Source: Desulfobacterales bacterium (GTDB lineage Bacteria > Desulfobacterota > Desulfobacteria > Desulfobacterales > JAFDDL01). From it: a stretch of DNA of 32,000 nucleotides. How positions within the stretch are numbered: the first letter of the stretch is position 1; each line of letters starts with the position of its first letter. The notes beneath the pieces were generated by a model. It made no database searches and had not been told where the DNA came from. It worked only from the letters and a program-made list of their open reading frames with translations. A program made the position numbers and the translations under genes. The stretch lies in contig CAXXXZ010000002.1 in NCBI GenBank assembly GCA_963675725.2, positions 4,042,611 to 4,074,610 of the forward strand, in the 5' to 3' direction. Positions 6,022 through 14,152 of the stretch are shown here, in pieces.

Positions 6022-8343
6022 ATGAGCGGCGCCTTCCTTCTTAAGCTGTGCTACCGCCACCGCTGCCTGCCCCAGGGCAATCCCCCCGTCATTGGTCGGC
6101 ACCTGCTGATGGGAAAAAACCGCAAAGCCCTCATTTTCCAAAGCATGGCTTAATCCTGTCAACAAAATTGCATTTTGAAACACCCCACCGCTCAAAACGA
6201 CCTTGCAAATGTTGGTTTCTTTTCGGACCTTCTTGCAGAGGGTTGTAAACAGATCCACCAGGGATGCATGAAAGTCCCGGCTTATTTTCTGGATAGATCG
6301 TTCAGCCATCACGTCGCTTACAATCTGTTTTACCAGAGGCCCCACATCAACCTGCCAACACCCCTCCCGGTCCATCACATGATAGGGATAGGGCCTCGCC
6401 TTTTCTCCGGCCCCCCCGTTGGCAAGGGTTTCAAGGGCCATCGCAGCCTGGCCTTCAAACGAAACCGTCCGACAGATGTTGGTAATGGCGGCCACCCCAT
6501 CAAAGAGACGGCCCAGGCTGGACGTCAGGGGTGAATTCAGTCCCCGGTCAATCATCTGGACCGTCAGGCGACACGCAGCGGCATCAACCTGCTGTAAAAA
6601 GGGAAGATCTAATTCCAGAAATGCCCGTCCAAAGTTTTGGTAAAGATAGCTGACCCCCGTGCGCCAGGGTTCCCGAATAGCTGCTTCACCACCCGGAAGC
6701 GGCACATAGGACAGCTGAGCCCCTCGGGTAAAGTTGGCCCGATCGGCCACCAAAACCTCTCCGCCCCAAATCGCCCCGTCCAGGCCGTAACCAGTCCCGT
6801 CGAGAGCCAGGCCAATGACCGCCCCATCCAGACCATGTTCCGCCATGCAACTGACCACATGGGCATGGTGATGCTGAACCGGTATTTTCTGAGGGGAGGG
6901 ATGGGAAAGGGCATAGCGCGTTGAAAGGTAGTCCGGGTGCATATCATGGGCCACAGCCTTTGGTGTTATGTCCAACAGCTGCCTCATTTGGTCGATGGTC
7001 TCCCCAAAGGACTGGTAGGTAGCCACATCATCAAGGTCGCCCATATGGGGGCTTATAAAGGCACTGGTTCCACGGGTCAGGCAAAAGGTGTTTTTCAGCT
7101 GGGCCCCCACCGCAAGAACGGACGGGGTTTTTTCTTTAAACCCGATCGGTGCTGGAGCATATCCCCGGGAGCGTCGAATTTGTCGAATCGCCCCACGCAC
7201 ATATCGAACCACTGCGTCATCGCATCGATGACAAATCTCCCGGTCATGGACGAGAAAATAATCAGCGATGGCAGATAATTGATCAAAGGCGTCATTGTTG
7301 TCTATACAAAGCGGCCGATTGCTGAAATTGCCGCTGGTCATTACCAATGCGGTGAGACCGCAATCAGCCAACAGTAGGTGGTGAAGGGGGGCGTAGGGCA
7401 ACATCACGCCTACCAGATGATTTTCCGGCGACACCCATATAGAGAGTTGGCATGGGTCAGCTTTTTCCAACAGAACAATGGGTCGCTCAACCGTCGAAAG
7501 CAGTGCCATTTCTTCAGGCGATATCCGGGCAAACGTGGCCGCTGCCGCTACGGTTGGTGCCATTACGGCAAAGGGTTTGTGGGGCCGCCTTTTTCGCGTC
7601 CTCAGCGCTTTTACCGCGGTATCGTGTTCTGCGTTTGCAGCCAGGTGAAACCCACCGATTCCTTTGATGGCAATGATATTCCCCGCGGTCAATAATGCAG
7701 CCGCCTTTTTGATAGGATCTTCCAGGGACAACCGCTTTCGATGCCGGCCATACAGGGCCACCGACGGACCACAGGCCGGGCAGGCATTTGGCTGGGCGTG
7801 AAACCGTCGGCTTGCCGGATCATCATACTCGGCTCGACACGGACCGCACATGGCAAATTTTTTCATGGCGGTGAAAGGCCGATCATAGGGAAGGGCATCG
7901 ATAATGGTATACCGGGGGCCGCAATGGGTGCAATTGATGAAAGGATACCGGAAACGACGATCATGGGGATCAAACAGCTCTTTCAGACAATCGTCACAGA
8001 CCCCTACATCCGGTGAAATAAGGGTTGATACGTTCTCCAGGTGCCTGCTGGGAACGATTTTAAACCCGGAATAACCTGACAACGGGGTGTTTTCTGCAAC
8101 CATGTCAGAAATATGGGCAAGGGGAGGGCCGCCTTTTTCTACCGCAGTCGAAAAAGCCGCCACCGCCTGATGGCTCCCTTCCACATGAATGGAAACGCCC
8201 GCCCCGGTATTGGCCACGGTGCCGGTCAAGCCAAGCCCAACGGCAAGCCGGTGTACATAGGGGCGGAAGCCTACCCCCTGAACGATACCGTTTACTTGTA
8301 AATGCTTTGCAGTCAAGTCTTCACGCATGCCCACCCTCTTCAT
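6019..8343 (-). CDS. hypF: [NiFe] hydrogenase maturation carbamoyltransferase HypF
   Basis: 774 aa. N-terminal acylphosphatase-like 'VNGIVQGVGFRPYV', paired zinc fingers 'CDDCLKELFDPHDRRFRYPFINCTHCGPRYTII' and 'CGPCRAEYDDPASRRFHAQPNACPACGP', then YrdC-like and Kae1-like regions. Confidence 0.95.
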   Translation of the reverse strand: MKRVGMREDLTAKHLQVNGIVQGVGFRPYVHRLAVGLGLTGTVANTGAGVSIHVEGSHQAVAAFSTAVEKGGPPLAHISDMVAENTPLSGYSGFKIVPSRHLENVSTLISPDVGVCDDCLKELFDPHDRRFRYPFINCTHCGPRYTIIDALPYDRPFTAMKKFAMCGPCRAEYDDPASRRFHAQPNACPACGPSVALYGRHRKRLSLEDPIKKAAALLTAGNIIAIKGIGGFHLAANAEHDTAVKALRTRKRRPHKPFAVMAPTVAAAATFARISPEEMALLSTVERPIVLLEKADPCQLSIWVSPENHLVGVMLPYAPLHHLLLADCGLTALVMTSGNFSNRPLCIDNNDAFDQLSAIADYFLVHDREICHRCDDAVVRYVRGAIRQIRRSRGYAPAPIGFKEKTPSVLAVGAQLKNTFCLTRGTSAFISPHMGDLDDVATYQSFGETIDQMRQLLDITPKAVAHDMHPDYLSTRYALSHPSPQKIPVQHHHAHVVSCMAEHGLDGAVIGLALDGTGYGLDGAIWGGEVLVADRANFTRGAQLSYVPLPGGEAAIREPWRTGVSYLYQNFGRAFLELDLPFLQQVDAAACRLTVQMIDRGLNSPLTSSLGRLFDGVAAITNICRTVSFEGQAAMALETLANGGAGEKARPYPYHVMDREGCWQVDVGPLVKQIVSDVMAERSIQKISRDFHASLVDLFTTLCKKVRKETNICKVVLSGGVFQNAILLTGLSHALENEGFAVFSHQQVPTNDGGIALGQAAVAVAQLKKEGAAH

Positions 8344-8346
8344 CCC

Positions 8347-8589
8347 CTATTCATCGGGCATGCCGGTATCCCTGGTCATGGCAACCATTTCCCGAAGTAG
8401 GTCAAGGGATTCAAGGGCAATTTTTTCATCCACCTTGTGGATGGCAAACCCGGCATGAACAATCACATAGTCACCCACCGCTGCATCCGGCACCAACAAA
8501 AGACTGGCCCGCCTGGTGGCACCATCCACATCAATAATGGCCATTTCCTTTTCGATTGAAACGACCTTAGACGGAATGGCTATGCACAT
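8347..8589 (-). CDS. hypC: Hydrogenase assembly chaperone HypC/HupF family
   Basis: 80 aa starting 'MCIAIPSKVV' (the conserved N-terminal Cys2 motif). Its start overlaps the upstream protease stop, and it ends 3 nt before the hypF start. Confidence 0.92.
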   Translation of the reverse strand: MCIAIPSKVVSIEKEMAIIDVDGATRRASLLLVPDAAVGDYVIVHAGFAIHKVDEKIALESLDLLREMVAMTRDTGMPDE

Positions 8590-9083
8590 GATGAGCGTTC
8601 CTTTTTTACATAGGTTGCCCCCAACCGATCAAGCTCTGTCAGGACCATCGCAATAATGGGATCGATCTTCTCCTCAAGGGTAGGGGTCAACGCCATCTGA
8701 AACGTTTCCATGTCCGCGGGCTCCACCCCTACAATCACGGTTTCCGGCACATGATCAAGGGCCTGGCAAAGGGTCAATGCCTCGATAAGATCGACCTGAT
8801 GCAGCGACATTTTGGATTGAATGCGTTTTGGGATCTCATCTTCGGTGAGGCGATAAAGACTTCCCGGCGTCTTCCCCTGGCGAATAATGTCCACCACAAT
8901 CAGATACCGGGGCTGGGAAAGAATGCCCAGCAAATTGACCCCCAGCACGCCGCCGTCCACAACCAGCACATCTTCCGGAAAGTGGTAGTCTTTTTCAAGT
9001 CTCTCCACAACCCGAATACCGAACCCCTCATCTGTATAGAAAACATTGCCAACGCCCAACACGGTGATCCGTGGATTCGTCAA
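8580..9083 (-). CDS. hynC: [NiFe] hydrogenase maturation endopeptidase (HybD/HyaD/HynC type)
   Basis: 'ITVLGVGNVFYTDEGFGIRVVERL...VVDGG...SLHQVDL' matches the family. The track start (9191) overlaps the large-subunit gene. The in-frame TTG at 9083, 4 nt after the large-subunit stop and preceded by AAGGTGG, is the more plausible start. Confidence 0.85.
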   Translation of the reverse strand: MTNPRITVLGVGNVFYTDEGFGIRVVERLEKDYHFPEDVLVVDGGVLGVNLLGILSQPRYLIVVDIIRQGKTPGSLYRLTEDEIPKRIQSKMSLHQVDLIEALTLCQALDHVPETVIVGVEPADMETFQMALTPTLEEKIDPIIAMVLTELDRLGATYVKKERSSCA

Positions 9084-9087
9084 TTTC

Positions 9088-10737
9088 CTACACCACCTTG
9101 ATTTTGTATACTTCGTTGCTTTCCGGGTCGATAACATGCACCGCACACGCAATGCATGGATCAAAGGAATGCACGGTGCGCAGGATTTCAATAGGCCGCT
9201 TGGGATCGGCGATCGGTGTTCCGATCAGCGCTTCTTCCACCGGACTCTTGTTGCCATTTGCATCTCGGGGTCCTAAATTCCATGTGGACGGTACGACATA
9301 CTGGTAATTTTCGATCTTTTTGTTTTTTATTTTTACCCAGTGGCCAAGGGCTCCGCGCGGCACATCATTCAGTCCATACCCCTCCCCTTCGTCCGGCATC
9401 TCATAGGGCTCGTAGGTTTTTGTGTCGCCACTTCGGATGTTTTCAATAAGCCCAGCCAGCCAGCTCTGCATCGCTTCACCGATCGCAACGGTTTCGATGG
9501 CCCGCGCAGCAGTCCTGCCAAGCGTGGAAAATAGGGCCGAAGGGGGGATCTCCAGACCTTTCAATGTGCTTTCAACCAGCGGCTTGATGTCCTTGTGTCC
9601 TTTTCCATAGGCTACCAGCACCCGGGCCAAGGGCCCTACCTCGCAAGCATTTCCGTCATACCGGGGGGCCTTCAGCCAGGAGTATTTACCACTATCCGGC
9701 TCATATTTGGGGTTCTCTTTAAGCGGTTTGGTTTCACCTTCAAACGGATGTTTATTACCGCTGCCTTCATACCATGACCGCTGAACGTGTTCGGTCACAT
9801 GCTTCTGGTCCGCCTCCTTGACGTTGGCGATATCACGATCGAGGATCAGACCGCGGGGCATATAGTGACTTTCCGGCTCTTTTTCGTTTTGCGGAAAATC
9901 CCCCCAGGCCAGAAAATTCCGACATCCACCAATTTCACCCCAGTCTTTATAAAACCCGGCGATTGCCAATAGATCCGGGAGATAGACATTCTTTACAAAG
10001 TTGTGGGTTTCTTTGGTTACATATAAAAATTCGGTCAGACGGTCCGCACTCAAGTCCTTTACGGAGGTAACTCCGCCCACCACCAGGGATTGAGGGTGGG
10101 GATTCTTGCCGCCGAAAATCGCGTGAAGACGGGCAGTGCGTGCTTGCAGCCGCAAGGCCTCGATGTAATGATCGGCCGCCATTAAATTGGCTTCCGGCGG
10201 CAGTTTATAAGCCGAGTGTCCCCAGTAGGCATTCGTGAAAGGGCCCAATTGACCGCTTTCGACAAAGGTTTGGAGCCGTTGCTGGACCCCCTTGAAGTGC
10301 TTGGCCCCCCCCCAGGGTGCATTGCTGACGCTGTCTGCCAGATCTGCGGTTTTTTTTGGATCCGCCTTGAGCGCACTGACAATGTCGACCCAGTCCAGGG
10401 CATGGAGATGATAAAAATGGACGAGATGATCGTGCTGGTACTGGGCGCCATGCAGCAGGTTTCGGATAATGCGGGCATTGGGCGGTATTTTGACGCCCAC
10501 GGCATTATCCACCGCGCGAACCGATGAAATGGCATGGACATAGGTGCAAACCCCACAGGACCGTTGTACAAAATGATGGGCGTCCCTGGGGTCCCTGCCT
10601 TGCAGAATGAGTTCAATACCGCGAAACATCTGTCCGGAACTCCAGGCATCTTTGACTTTTCCGTCTTCAACCTCCACCTCGATGCGAAGGTGGCCCTCTA
10701 TTCTGGTGATCGGATCGACTGTGATTCGTTTTCCCAT
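9088..10737 (-). CDS. hynA: Periplasmic group-1 [NiFe] hydrogenase large subunit (Cys-type, not Sec-type)
   Basis: 549 aa. N-terminal 'RIEGHLRIEVEV' and 'RSCGVCTYVH'. C-terminal Ni-binding 'DPCIACAVH', followed by a 15-aa extension 'VIDPESNEVYKIKVV' that is the expected substrate of the adjacent protease. Confidence 0.95.
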   Translation of the reverse strand: MGKRITVDPITRIEGHLRIEVEVEDGKVKDAWSSGQMFRGIELILQGRDPRDAHHFVQRSCGVCTYVHAISSVRAVDNAVGVKIPPNARIIRNLLHGAQYQHDHLVHFYHLHALDWVDIVSALKADPKKTADLADSVSNAPWGGAKHFKGVQQRLQTFVESGQLGPFTNAYWGHSAYKLPPEANLMAADHYIEALRLQARTARLHAIFGGKNPHPQSLVVGGVTSVKDLSADRLTEFLYVTKETHNFVKNVYLPDLLAIAGFYKDWGEIGGCRNFLAWGDFPQNEKEPESHYMPRGLILDRDIANVKEADQKHVTEHVQRSWYEGSGNKHPFEGETKPLKENPKYEPDSGKYSWLKAPRYDGNACEVGPLARVLVAYGKGHKDIKPLVESTLKGLEIPPSALFSTLGRTAARAIETVAIGEAMQSWLAGLIENIRSGDTKTYEPYEMPDEGEGYGLNDVPRGALGHWVKIKNKKIENYQYVVPSTWNLGPRDANGNKSPVEEALIGTPIADPKRPIEILRTVHSFDPCIACAVHVIDPESNEVYKIKVV

Positions 10738-10784
10738 ATTATCCTCTCTCTTTTAGCATAAAGATGTTCGATATGGAGGTTTCA

Positions 10785-11726
10785 TTAGATCTCTTCATAA
10801 AAGGGGGTCATCGCATCCCAAAAATCAGGCTCACTGCAACCGATGCATGGATGTCCCGCCTCCACCGGCCAGCTGGTACCGTCGTTATACTTGGCCACCG
10901 GACAATTGTTGTATGTTTCCGGGCCCCGGCATCCCATTTTATAGAGACAATATCCCATCGCTGCTTCATCAGATCCGAATTCCTCTACAAATTCATCATT
11001 TTCAAAATGACTCCGTCTTGGACATTGGTCGTGGATGGTTTTGCCATAGGCAAAAAGGGGTCTGCCCAAATTGTCCAATGCGGGTAGCTTCCCAAGGAGA
11101 AGATAGTTAACTACCGTTCCCACAAAATTGATCGGGTTCGGTGGGCATCCGGGAATATTTAGGGTTTTAATTCCCAGGGCATCTCCTACGGATTTATAAC
11201 CGCCGGGATTCGGTTTAGCAGACGGAATGCCACCAAAGCAGGCGCACGCGCCGATACAGATCGTGGCGGCCGCCTGGGGAATCACCTCCTTGGCTATTTC
11301 CAAAAAGGTCCTGTTTCCAATTTTTCCATAGCCCCCATCATATTTAGTGGCGATGGCCCCCTCGACCACACAGATAAATTTTCCGCTGTGTTTTTTTACA
11401 GCCGCTGCCAGATTGTCTTCGGCCTGATGTCCGGCTGCGGCCATGATGGTTTCGTGGTATTCCATAGACAACACCTCAAGTACCAACACATCCACATAAG
11501 GATATTGGGCCCGTAGTACCGACTCTGAGCATCCGGTGCATTCCCCTAAATGCAGCCAGATAACCGGCGGCCGTTGCTTGGGCTGTGCAAACACCTCTGC
11601 AACCTTTGGAACAAATGAAGAAGATAGTCCCATCGTAGCGGTCAAAAAGGTAGTATATCGCATGAAATCTCTTCTGCTAACGCCCCTTTGGGCCAGACTC
11701 TGGTAAAAATCTTTTTCGTTATCCAT
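10785..11726 (-). CDS. hynB: [NiFe] hydrogenase small subunit with Tat signal, no C-terminal membrane anchor
   Basis: Twin-arginine motif 'SRRDFMRY', proximal-cluster motif 'ECTGCSES', distal motifs 'CPRRSHF...CLYKMGCRGP' and 'HPCIGCSEPDFWD'. The start is placed at ATG 11726 ('MDNEKDF'), 7 nt after AGGGG. Upstream in-frame ATGs extending to 11762 cannot be excluded. Confidence 0.9.
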   Translation of the reverse strand: MDNEKDFYQSLAQRGVSRRDFMRYTTFLTATMGLSSSFVPKVAEVFAQPKQRPPVIWLHLGECTGCSESVLRAQYPYVDVLVLEVLSMEYHETIMAAAGHQAEDNLAAAVKKHSGKFICVVEGAIATKYDGGYGKIGNRTFLEIAKEVIPQAAATICIGACACFGGIPSAKPNPGGYKSVGDALGIKTLNIPGCPPNPINFVGTVVNYLLLGKLPALDNLGRPLFAYGKTIHDQCPRRSHFENDEFVEEFGSDEAAMGYCLYKMGCRGPETYNNCPVAKYNDGTSWPVEAGHPCIGCSEPDFWDAMTPFYEEI

Positions 11727-12119
11727 CGGCATGCCCCTTTCTGGTTGGTCCATGTGCCACAATACACACAGCTATGCATTATGCGGGAAAAAATGAAAAA
11801 ATTATCGTTGTTGGGATTTGATACTATTTAAATATGGAATCATGCATCACAATTATAAGGCGTATGGGAAAGCGTGATACCTTTACGAACATGAACGCTA
11901 CAACATAACAATTAAAAATTCATATCATTTTTATATGAGGTTATTCAATATAAAAAAAATTCAGCCTCTTGAGGGGGCACCTAACACGTATCTGCATCGT
12001 AGTAATAGGGGCGAGTGCCGGTCGTTCGGAAAGAAAAAGTCCAGTGTTCCACGTAACGATGAACTTGCATCCGGCGCGGGGCTATAATGTACAAGGATAT
12101 TATGCGGCTGTTGCTTGAT

Positions 12120-12596
12120 TTAGGGGAGTTCCTCTTGATCAGCATCATCATCGGAGTCCACATCAATTTTGATTGATGCAACACCGTTTCGGGTATCTAA
12201 TGCATCGTCAAAATCGTTGTCACCGGCGTCGTCATCTTCAATAAAGTCATCTAACGTTTCAACGTCGTCGTCTCCGCCGTCTGATGTTCTTTTCTCTTTT
12301 GCGTTCGATAAAAGCGTTTCATCATCACAAAGGATTTCCAACGAATCCTGATCTTGCAATGTCAACAGAGTCGTAATGGCATGAGCAATTCGTTCGACAA
12401 ATTGGCCCGGGGGGAAAAAATTGGCTGTTCGCAAAATGGATAGGACCGTTTTTTTCTCTAACGATGATACGCTCTGCACAAAATTAATGTCGTATTTTTC
12501 CTCACAGGCAAATAAAAATACATCTTTGTCAATTTCGGCATACTCTTTGACAGAGATGTCGTTGTCATGTTTTTGAATGACATATTTATGCTTCAT
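12120..12596 (-). CDS. Hypothetical protein: ~95-aa globular N-domain plus ~60-aa poly-acidic tail
   Basis: AAGGAG lies 7 nt upstream of ATG 12596, and the track start 12632 lacks an RBS. The tail reads 'DGGDDDVETLDDFIEDDDAGDNDFDDALD...DVDSDDDADQEELP'. I do not recognise a family. Confidence 0.6.
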   Translation of the reverse strand: MKHKYVIQKHDNDISVKEYAEIDKDVFLFACEEKYDINFVQSVSSLEKKTVLSILRTANFFPPGQFVERIAHAITTLLTLQDQDSLEILCDDETLLSNAKEKRTSDGGDDDVETLDDFIEDDDAGDNDFDDALDTRNGVASIKIDVDSDDDADQEELP

Positions 12597-12757
12597 CGGT
12601 AAACTCCTTGCTCCCAAAAGCCATAGACTCAAAACCTGATAAAATACTGCCCTGAATGTGCCGATCTTCTAAAAATTCGCAAAAACCATAAAAATAATTT
12701 CCTGTCAAGCAAACAATGCAGATTTGATGGAAATAAATCGCTTCCTCCTCCCATCAT

Positions 12758-12786
12758 TTGACAAACCAAAACGGGGTATTTACAAT
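12758..12786 (+). promoter_or_regulatory. Near-consensus sigma70-type promoter upstream of the tRNA-Ser pair
   Basis: TTGACA (12758-12763), exactly 17 nt of spacer, then TACAAT (12781-12786). It lies ~115 nt upstream of tRNA-Ser(UGA). A weaker TTGACC-17-TAACTG sits at 12856-12884. Confidence 0.5.
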
Positions 12787-12899
12787 CCCCCCCGCTGATT
12801 GAATCCAGCGTTTTGCAGAAAACGCTTTGTCAACGGCACGGGGCTGTATAAATGTATTGACCTAACCTGGTGAAGATGATAACTGAACTTTCCATTTTG

Positions 12900-12985
12900 G
12901 GAGGGATGGCCGAGTGGTTGAAGGCGGCGGTCTTGAAAACCGTTGAGCGAAAGCTCCGTGGGTTCGAATCCTACTCCCTCCGCCA
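12900..12985 (+). tRNA. tRNA-Ser (anticodon UGA), CCA encoded
   Basis: Acceptor GGAGGGA/TCCCTCC, anticodon loop CT-TGA-AA, long variable arm, T-loop GGTTCGAATCC, discriminator G then CCA. Track ORF 12780..12986 is an antisense artefact of this gene. Confidence 0.9.
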
Positions 12986-13018
12986 AAAATGCAGTTGCTT
13001 TGATAGATCAAAATTTTA

Positions 13019-13111
13019 GGAGAGATGGCCGAGCCGGCTGAAGGCGCTCGCCTGCTAAGCGAGTGTGTGGGGAAACTTGCACCGAGGGTTCGAATCCCTC
13101 TCTCTCCGCCA
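13019..13111 (+). tRNA. tRNA-Ser (anticodon GCU), CCA encoded
   Basis: Acceptor GGAGAGA/TCTCTCC, anticodon stem CTCGC/GCGAG with loop CT-GCT-AA, long variable arm, T-arm GAGGG-TTCGAAT-CCCTC, G then CCA. Confidence 0.9.
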
Positions 13112-13119
13112 CTTTAAAA

Positions 13120-13150
13120 AGCTCGGTTTTTAAAACCGGGCTTTTTATTT
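13120..13150 (+). terminator. Rho-independent terminator after the tRNA-Ser pair
   Basis: AGCTCGG(TTTTTAAAA)CCGGGCT hairpin (13120-13142) followed by TTTTTATTTTT. Confidence 0.7.
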
Positions 13151-13249
13151 TTATCTGAACATTCATATTATACCGCCTTCTTTCACAATATAATCCCAAG
13201 CGAGATAGTTTCAAAAGGGTCGATTTTATTTTGGAAAGATATCAATAGC

Positions 13250-13279
13250 AAAAAGCGGAACCTTCTATTCCGCCTTTTT
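13250..13279 (-). terminator. Bidirectional hairpin terminator downstream of the ATP-grasp gene
   Basis: GCGGAA (13255-13260) / TTCCGC (13268-13273) stem with a 7-nt loop. It is flanked by AAAAA on one side and TTTTT on the other, so it gives a U-tract on either strand. Confidence 0.6.
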
Positions 13280-13332
13280 CAACTTTCGGAGGTATTGCAT
13301 CCGATTTCTTCTGGGCGAGTGACGATAAATGG

Positions 13333-14124
13333 TTATGCCGCTGCCGAAACGATTTTTTTGGACAGAAGGTATTGAAGGATCAGCGGAGCGATGGAAATGC
13401 CTTTTTTCACAAGTCCCGCGGTACCAAAAAGTCGATTAAATTCGAAAAAAAAGAGCTTTCCTTCAACAACGGCAACGTCAAACCCGGCATGATCTATTTC
13501 AAGATGGTGTGCAATCATTTCGACCGCCACGATGGCTTCAGGTGGTATATCTTCAGAGTGAATCAGACCTCCTTTCGCAACATTGGTATGAATTTCTGTG
13601 CCGGGTCGACACCGCCAGTAGGCAGTGACCACCTTTTTACCAATGACAACCAGGCGCAAATCCTTTTCAATCGGGAGATATTCCTGGACATATAACGTAG
13701 GATGACAACTTGCATATCGCTCCCAGGCCGTTCGGTTGTCTATCAACCAAACCCCCATTCCCATGGCGGCCCGAGGTGTCTTGGCCACAAAAGGATACCC
13801 GAAATGGTCTGGCACCCAATCGCATGCCCAGGACGAATTTCCAAGAATATGGGTTTCCGGTAAATACTGGGGCCACAGTAATTGCATTACACGGGTCATT
13901 TCTATCTTATCATGACCGATGTGATAGGTACTCATACTCGGAAAAATCTGTTTCCGCATACCATAAAAAAGGGTGTTGATCTGCCAGTATTCCGGAAATA
14001 ATAGCCAGTCCGCCTGGCGGATGACGTCCATATGACAATGGGACTTTTCCGGCTTGATGTAGGTGGCCTTCGGCATACCAAGCGTACGTAGGGCATCAAA
14101 GGAAACAAAGCGCAAAAATTTCAA
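13333..14124 (-). CDS. ATP-grasp fold protein, RimK-like ligase family
   Basis: 263 aa. 'GYPFVAKTPRAAMGMGVWLI', 'LYVQEYLPIEKDLRLVVIGKKVVTAYWR', 'HTNVAKGG' and 'GFDVAVVEGKLFFFEFN' follow the ATP-grasp/RimK layout. Confidence 0.7.
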   Translation of the reverse strand: MKFLRFVSFDALRTLGMPKATYIKPEKSHCHMDVIRQADWLLFPEYWQINTLFYGMRKQIFPSMSTYHIGHDKIEMTRVMQLLWPQYLPETHILGNSSWACDWVPDHFGYPFVAKTPRAAMGMGVWLIDNRTAWERYASCHPTLYVQEYLPIEKDLRLVVIGKKVVTAYWRCRPGTEIHTNVAKGGLIHSEDIPPEAIVAVEMIAHHLEIDHAGFDVAVVEGKLFFFEFNRLFGTAGLVKKGISIAPLILQYLLSKKIVSAAA

Positions 14125-14152
14125 ATTATTATCTATTAAACAGTCATGGGTT

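Noticed and set aside
9084-9191. N-terminal 36 codons of track ORF 8580..9191 (hydrogenase protease).
   Set aside because: They overlap the 3' end of the large-subunit gene in another frame and have no family-like sequence. The TTG at 9083 with an AAGGTGG RBS gives the conventional protease N-terminus.
9088-10737. Possibility of a [NiFeSe] hydrogenase.
   Set aside because: The C-terminal metal-binding motif is 'DPCIACAVH' with TGC Cys codons. There is no in-frame TGA in the gene.
12780-13214. Track ORFs 12780..12986 and 13008..13214 (68 aa each, minus strand).
   Set aside because: They are antisense read-throughs of the two tRNA-Ser genes; the peptides contain 'GFEPT'/'GFEPS' from the T-arm complement. 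They have no RBS.
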